A DNA stretch of 39,944 nt from Polyangiales bacterium. Its GTDB lineage: Bacteria; Myxococcota_A; Polyangia; Polyangiales; Houyiibacteriaceae. The position numbers and the translations under genes were made by a program. How positions within the stretch are numbered: position 1 is the stretch's first letter; the number at the start of each line of letters is the position of its first letter. Of the stretch, positions 35,455 through 39,944 are shown piece by piece. The notes under the pieces are model-generated. The model was not told where the DNA came from, ran no database searches, and saw nothing but the letters and a program-made list of their open reading frames with translations. The DNA lies in NCBI GenBank assembly GCA_045106895.1, contig JBGCFM010000187.1, positions 1 through 39,944 of the forward strand. Direction: 5' to 3'.

Positions 35455-35559
35455 GGATGAGGTTGTGCGGCAGCAAACCGCGCTTTGCAACGGATGGGCC
35501 CAAACGTTTACTCGGCGTCGTTCATTCATCTCCTGAGCGACGGAGAGAAATCAGCAGCC

Positions 35560-36117
35560 CTAAGGCATCAGCGCAGGCACGGCGACTCGTACGATGAGCG
35601 CGAGGATGTCCTCGCGTTTCCACGCTTCGGGGGCGTCGAGCCAGTCGAGCGTAACGGCTTCGGCGAACGCGATAAGACCGACGGCCCCGAGGGGGTTGCC
35701 ACCATCTTGCAGCAGCTGGTCCACGAAATGGCGACGCACGCTCTGCAAGATCGGCTGCACCTCTTCGTCCTTGGCGCGCAAGACGAAGCGAAACGAAAAC
35801 GCGTAGGTCTCAGCGAAGTCGAGATAGGCATCGATGCCGGCGACGAGAAGCTCGAGGGGCGTCGCGTTTGGCAGCTGCTCGGCTTGTTCGCTCGCCGCTG
35901 CGGCACGCTCTAGGAGCATGGACGCGGCGCTCTCGACGACGGCAACGTAGAACGCGCGCTTGCCCGGAAAGTAGTGATAGAGCAGGCCCTTGGAGATGCC
36001 CGCTTCACTCGCGATAGCTTCGATGGAGAGTGACTCGTAGGAGTGACGATCGAAGAGCTCCAGCCCCAGCTTGAGGAGCTGCTGCCTTCGTTCGTCGGTG
36101 TCGAGTCGCGTGCCCAT
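35560..36117 (-). CDS. TetR/AcrR family transcriptional regulator
   Basis: RRQQLL..GLELF...Y..LSIEAIASEAGISKGLLYHYFPGK HTH. It starts 2 nt after the xdhB stop. Confidence 0.95.
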   Translation of the reverse strand: MGTRLDTDERRQQLLKLGLELFDRHSYESLSIEAIASEAGISKGLLYHYFPGKRAFYVAVVESAASMLLERAAAASEQAEQLPNATPLELLVAGIDAYLDFAETYAFSFRFVLRAKDEEVQPILQSVRRHFVDQLLQDGGNPLGAVGLIAFAEAVTLDWLDAPEAWKREDILALIVRVAVPALMP

Positions 36118-36119
36118 CG

Positions 36120-38465
36120 CTACTTAGCGGCTTCCGCCGTGGGGCGTACGTTTTCGATGGCCCAGTAGAGTGCTTCGGGCGTTGAAGGACACGCCACGGG
36201 CACACCCGCTTTGACGTCCTTGCCAAAGGCTGCTGCCGCTTGCCGGAGGGCTTCGCGAGCGCTGATGGCGAGCATCAGCGGTGGCTCTCCGACAGCCTTG
36301 CTGCCGTGAATGACGCCGGGCTCAGCGGCCTTGGGAAGCAGGTTCGTATTGAACACTTCGGGGCACTCGCCGAGCGTGGGCAGCTTGTAGGTGCTCGCGC
36401 CGGACGTCGCGAGGCGACCATCCGCGTTCCACACGAGCTCTTCCCGTGTGAGCCACCCAAGACCCTGGATGTAGCCGCCTTCCACCTGGCCGAGGTCGAC
36501 CTTTGGTGAAAGCGAATCGCCGACATCGTGGAGGATGTCCGCGCGGCGAAAGTCGTACTGACCGGTGAAGCGGTCGACTTCGACCTCCGTCACGGCGGCG
36601 CCATAGGCGAAGTAGTGGAAAGGCTTTCCGCGGCCCTTGTCTTCGTCGAAGTGGATGTTCGGCGTGCGGTAGTAGCCCGCCGCAAAGAGGGGAACGCGCT
36701 GCAGGTACGCAGCCTTGGCGATGGCCGTGAACTCCTGCGTTTCGTGCTCCAAACCCGCCGCCCATACCTTGCCGCCTTCGAAGAAGACGTCGCCCGCGGA
36801 GCAGCCGAGGATGCTGCCAGCGACGACGGCGAGACGCTCGCGAATCTGGTGGCAGGCGTCGCGAACAGCTTGACCGTTGAGGTCGGTGCCGCTCGAGGCT
36901 GCCGTGGCCGAGGTGTTGGGGACCTTGTCGGTTCGCGTGGGCATCATGCGCACAGCGTCCATGTCGACGCCGAGGGCGTCCGCGGTGATCTGCATCATCT
37001 TCGTGTGCAGACCCTGGCCCATCTCCGTGCCGCCGTGGTTCAACTGAATGGACCCATCGGCGTAGACGATGACGAGTGCGCCTGCCTGGTTGAAGAAGGC
37101 CGTCGTAAAGCTGATGCCGAACTTCACCGGGGTGATGGCGAGGCCGCGCTTGGTGTTCGCATTCGCCGCGTTGAAGGCTTCGATCTCCGCCCAGCGTTTG
37201 TCGAAGTCGCTGGACTCACGGAGTTCATCCCAGATGCGCTGCAGGCGCTCGGCGCCGGTCACGACCATGCCGTAGTGAGTCTTGTCGCCTTCGCTGTAGA
37301 AGTTTCGCTGCCGCACAACATGCGGCGGAAGACCTGTGGCGCGAGCGACTCGGTCGAGAGCTTCCTCCACGACGACCATGCCTTGAGGCCCGCCGAAACC
37401 GCGGAACGCCGTCTGTGAAGTCTTGTGCGTTTTACAGGCGCGGCCCACGACGCGCAGGTTCTCGAAGTGGTAGGCGTTGTCGATGTGGAAGAGACCACGC
37501 GCCAAGACCGGCTGGCTCAAGTCCAAGCTGTAGCCGCCGTCGCTGAAGAGCTGCACGTCCAGCGCGTGCACTTTGCCCTCGTCGTCGAAGGCGATGTCGT
37601 AGCGACCCAGGAAGGGGTGGCGCTTACCCGTTAGCGTCATGTCCCGTTGGCGGTCGAGGCGAACGCGCACGGGGCGGCCTGTCTTGTGCGCACCGACGGC
37701 TGCGACGGAGGCCCAGGTGTTCGCCTGAACTTCTTTGCCACCGAACGCGCCGCCCATTCGAAGGGACTGGCAGGTAACGGCGTGGCTCGGGACGCCAAGG
37801 ACACGCGCCACGATGATCTGTGTCTCCGTTGGGTGCTGCGTCGAGGCATGGATCATGACCTGACCGCTCTCGTCGAAGAAGGCGAGGGCGGCTTGCGCTT
37901 CGCGGTAGAAATGCTCCTGGCCGCCGACGAAGACCTCATCTTTGATGCGGTGAGGTGCCGCGCTGAGCTCCTTCTCAAAGTCCGCGCCTTCGGGCGTGGC
38001 GATGGTGAGCGGGTGCGCAAGGAAGCTGTCCTTGGCGATGGCGTCTTCGATGGTGAGGACGGCTTCGAGTTCTTCGAAGTCGACGCATACTTTCAGTGCA
38101 CCGGCGCGCGCTGCGGCTTCGGTGTCGCCCAAAACCCAGGCGACGGCCTGACCGTAGTGCTGCACTTCCTCCGGAAAAAGGGGTTCGTCCTGCCGCGCCG
38201 CGCCGACGTTGCCAACGCCGGGGACGTCGTCCGCCGTGAGAACGGTCTCGACGCCGTCGACGTTGAGCGCTGCGCTGACGTCGATGTTCTTCACGCGTGC
38301 GTGGGCCGCCATGACGCACACGGGCCAGGCGTGGAGCACGTTCGTGAAGCGAACGGACATATCGTCGGTGTAGATGGCGTCGCCGGTGACGTGCTCGCGT
38401 GCGCTCTCATGAGAGATAGAGCGGCCAACATGCTTGCGGCGTTCGTTTTCGGTGCTTGAGCTCAT
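36120..38465 (-). CDS. xdhB: Xanthine dehydrogenase molybdopterin-binding subunit
   Basis: HESAREHVTG, GGQEHFY, RMGGAFGGKE, AFRGFGGPQG, GGTEMGQGLHTK, SATAASSG, SKAVGEPP (catalytic Glu). Confidence 0.96.
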   Translation of the reverse strand: MSSSTENERRKHVGRSISHESAREHVTGDAIYTDDMSVRFTNVLHAWPVCVMAAHARVKNIDVSAALNVDGVETVLTADDVPGVGNVGAARQDEPLFPEEVQHYGQAVAWVLGDTEAAARAGALKVCVDFEELEAVLTIEDAIAKDSFLAHPLTIATPEGADFEKELSAAPHRIKDEVFVGGQEHFYREAQAALAFFDESGQVMIHASTQHPTETQIIVARVLGVPSHAVTCQSLRMGGAFGGKEVQANTWASVAAVGAHKTGRPVRVRLDRQRDMTLTGKRHPFLGRYDIAFDDEGKVHALDVQLFSDGGYSLDLSQPVLARGLFHIDNAYHFENLRVVGRACKTHKTSQTAFRGFGGPQGMVVVEEALDRVARATGLPPHVVRQRNFYSEGDKTHYGMVVTGAERLQRIWDELRESSDFDKRWAEIEAFNAANANTKRGLAITPVKFGISFTTAFFNQAGALVIVYADGSIQLNHGGTEMGQGLHTKMMQITADALGVDMDAVRMMPTRTDKVPNTSATAASSGTDLNGQAVRDACHQIRERLAVVAGSILGCSAGDVFFEGGKVWAAGLEHETQEFTAIAKAAYLQRVPLFAAGYYRTPNIHFDEDKGRGKPFHYFAYGAAVTEVEVDRFTGQYDFRRADILHDVGDSLSPKVDLGQVEGGYIQGLGWLTREELVWNADGRLATSGASTYKLPTLGECPEVFNTNLLPKAAEPGVIHGSKAVGEPPLMLAISAREALRQAAAAFGKDVKAGVPVACPSTPEALYWAIENVRPTAEAAK

Positions 38466-39874
38466 TCTGCCGCCTCCAGGCTCTGCTCGGCGCAGAGTTT
38501 TTCAAAGAGTCTCGGCACCATCTGCGCGCGATAGCGAGCGGTGCCGCGGTGGTCGTCCATCGGCGTGAACGCGCCGGTGAGCGCCTCGAGTACGTCTGCG
38601 TGGGGCGTGAGGGTCTTGCCAACGAGGGCGGCCTCGGCGTCTTTCGCGCGGACCGGCGTCGCGGCGACGCCGCCGTAAGCGAGCCGAGCCTTCGTGATGG
38701 TGTCTCCATCGAGCCAAAGTCCAAAGCCCGCAGCGACGGTGGAGATGTCGTCCATCACGCGTTTGCTGACCTTGTAGAAGCGACTGATGGTGGGGAGCGG
38801 TTTGGGGATCACGACAGCGCTCACCAGCTCGCCTTCTTTGAGAACGGTCTTTCGGTACGCCGTGAAGAACTCGCTGAGCGCGATGCGGCGCTTGCCTTCG
38901 GCGCTCGCGAGCTCAAGCTCAGCATCCAGCGCCAGAAGCGCCGGAGGAGAGTCGCCGATGGGCGAGGCGTTGACGAGGTTGCCGCCGAGGGTGGCGCGGT
39001 TGCGAATCAAGCGGCTGGAGAAGAGCACGAAGAGCTCGTCGAAGATCGGTAGCTCCGCGTTGCCGTGAAAATGGAGTTCGACCTCGGAAAGCGGGACTCC
39101 AGCGCCGATCACGATGGCGTCTTCGTCCTCGTTGATGTGCCGAAGTTCGTCCACGCCGTCGAGGCTCACAAAGCCCGCGTGGCGGTGTTCCATCTGGTTG
39201 ATGCCAACGACGAGGTCGGTTCCGCCGGCGACGATCTTCGCGCCGGGGTTCTTCTGGAGTGCCGCGAAGACGCCGCCAAGGCTGCTAGGACGCGCGAAGG
39301 TAACGTCGCCTTCGACTTCGAGGTCTTCGAGTGCGGGCGCTTCTTGGTCGAGGCGCTTGGCGTTTGCGTCGTCGTCGCTTGGGACGCGGAGCGAGACCAG
39401 CGCCTCGCGAATAGGCCTGTAGCCCGTACAGCGACAGAGGTTGCCGCCGATGGCTTCGGGGTCGTAGTCGCCCTGGCTTCGACCGTCGCGGTAGTACTCC
39501 GCGAAGAGGCTCATGATGAAGCCGGGCGTGCAGTAGCCGCACTGGCTTCCGCCCTCTTTGATCATGGCTTCCTGGACAGGGTGGAGTCCGTCCTCGCTTG
39601 CGGAGGAAGACGCGACGCCTTCCACGGTGATGAGCTCTTGTCCCGCCATCGCGGGCGTGAGCACTAAGCAGCTGTTGATGGGCACAAAGCGGACGTCGCC
39701 ATTCGTGGAACGGCGTACTTGGACGACGGCGCACGCGCCGCACTCACCTTCCGCACATCCTTCTTTGGTGCCGGTCAGTCCGCGTTCGCGGAGGAAATGA
39801 AGGAGGCTCTTGTGAGGGTCGACGCCGGTGGCGTCGATGGTGGCGCCGTTGACGCGGAGTTCGATCTTGCTCAT
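38462..39874 (-). CDS. xdhA: Xanthine dehydrogenase small subunit (2Fe-2S and FAD binding)
   Basis: GTKEGCAEGECGAC, SQCGYCTPGF, GNLCRCTGYRPI, AGGTDL, IRNRATLGGN, YKVSKR..DDIS. ATGA overlap with xdhB. Start ATG 39874 (MSKIELRVNG). Confidence 0.96.
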   Translation of the reverse strand: MSKIELRVNGATIDATGVDPHKSLLHFLRERGLTGTKEGCAEGECGACAVVQVRRSTNGDVRFVPINSCLVLTPAMAGQELITVEGVASSSASEDGLHPVQEAMIKEGGSQCGYCTPGFIMSLFAEYYRDGRSQGDYDPEAIGGNLCRCTGYRPIREALVSLRVPSDDDANAKRLDQEAPALEDLEVEGDVTFARPSSLGGVFAALQKNPGAKIVAGGTDLVVGINQMEHRHAGFVSLDGVDELRHINEDEDAIVIGAGVPLSEVELHFHGNAELPIFDELFVLFSSRLIRNRATLGGNLVNASPIGDSPPALLALDAELELASAEGKRRIALSEFFTAYRKTVLKEGELVSAVVIPKPLPTISRFYKVSKRVMDDISTVAAGFGLWLDGDTITKARLAYGGVAATPVRAKDAEAALVGKTLTPHADVLEALTGAFTPMDDHRGTARYRAQMVPRLFEKLCAEQSLEAAE

Positions 39875-39944
39875 CGCAATGTTGCTCGGGGGCAGGGGTG
39901 CTTGGGTTGGCGCGCAATGTACTGAAAGCCGGCGCAAATGCCGA

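Noticed and set aside
25550..35560. ECF block as a bona fide mobile element
   Set aside because: No integrase, transposase, tRNA target or flanking direct repeats seen. Kept only as a synteny hypothesis.
36528..39667. Several 200-300 aa plus-strand ORFs
   Set aside because: Antisense shadows of xdhA and xdhB.

Overview
High-GC bacterial chromosomal DNA. The gene repertoire (three eukaryote-like Ser/Thr kinases, a sigma-54 two-component system, two ECF sigma factors, many Cys-rich lipoproteins) suggests Myxococcota, probably a Polyangiales/Sandaracinaceae-like lineage; this is inference. About 35 CDS are supported. I found no rRNA, tRNA, CRISPR array, integrase or transposase. Left to right: (1) a signalling cluster at 1-7339 (Ser/Thr kinase running off the left edge, non-RD kinase-receiver fusion, Hpt-receiver, histidine kinase, NtrC-type activator); (2) mixed housekeeping and secreted genes, including asnS, a crtB-like synthase, an aldo-keto reductase and an S1 protease; (3) a ~9 kb block at 25.6-34.8 kb with two ECF modules; (4) tetR and xdhAB. 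Best leads: (a) a three-gene cassette (beta-barrel-like protein, ECF sigma, membrane anti-sigma-like protein) in which the motif GTGACGAA-N14-GCACTCA occurs both before the sigma gene and before the divergent Cys-rich lipoprotein gene, suggesting a trans-envelope signalling system with a readable target promoter; (b) a phosphorylation-type ECF sigma paired with an apparently cytoplasmic kinase-STAND NTPase-TPR protein, downstream of a lipoprotein with animal-like EGF repeats and a near-symmetric ricin-B lectin. All family assignments come from motif recognition by eye; no searches were run.
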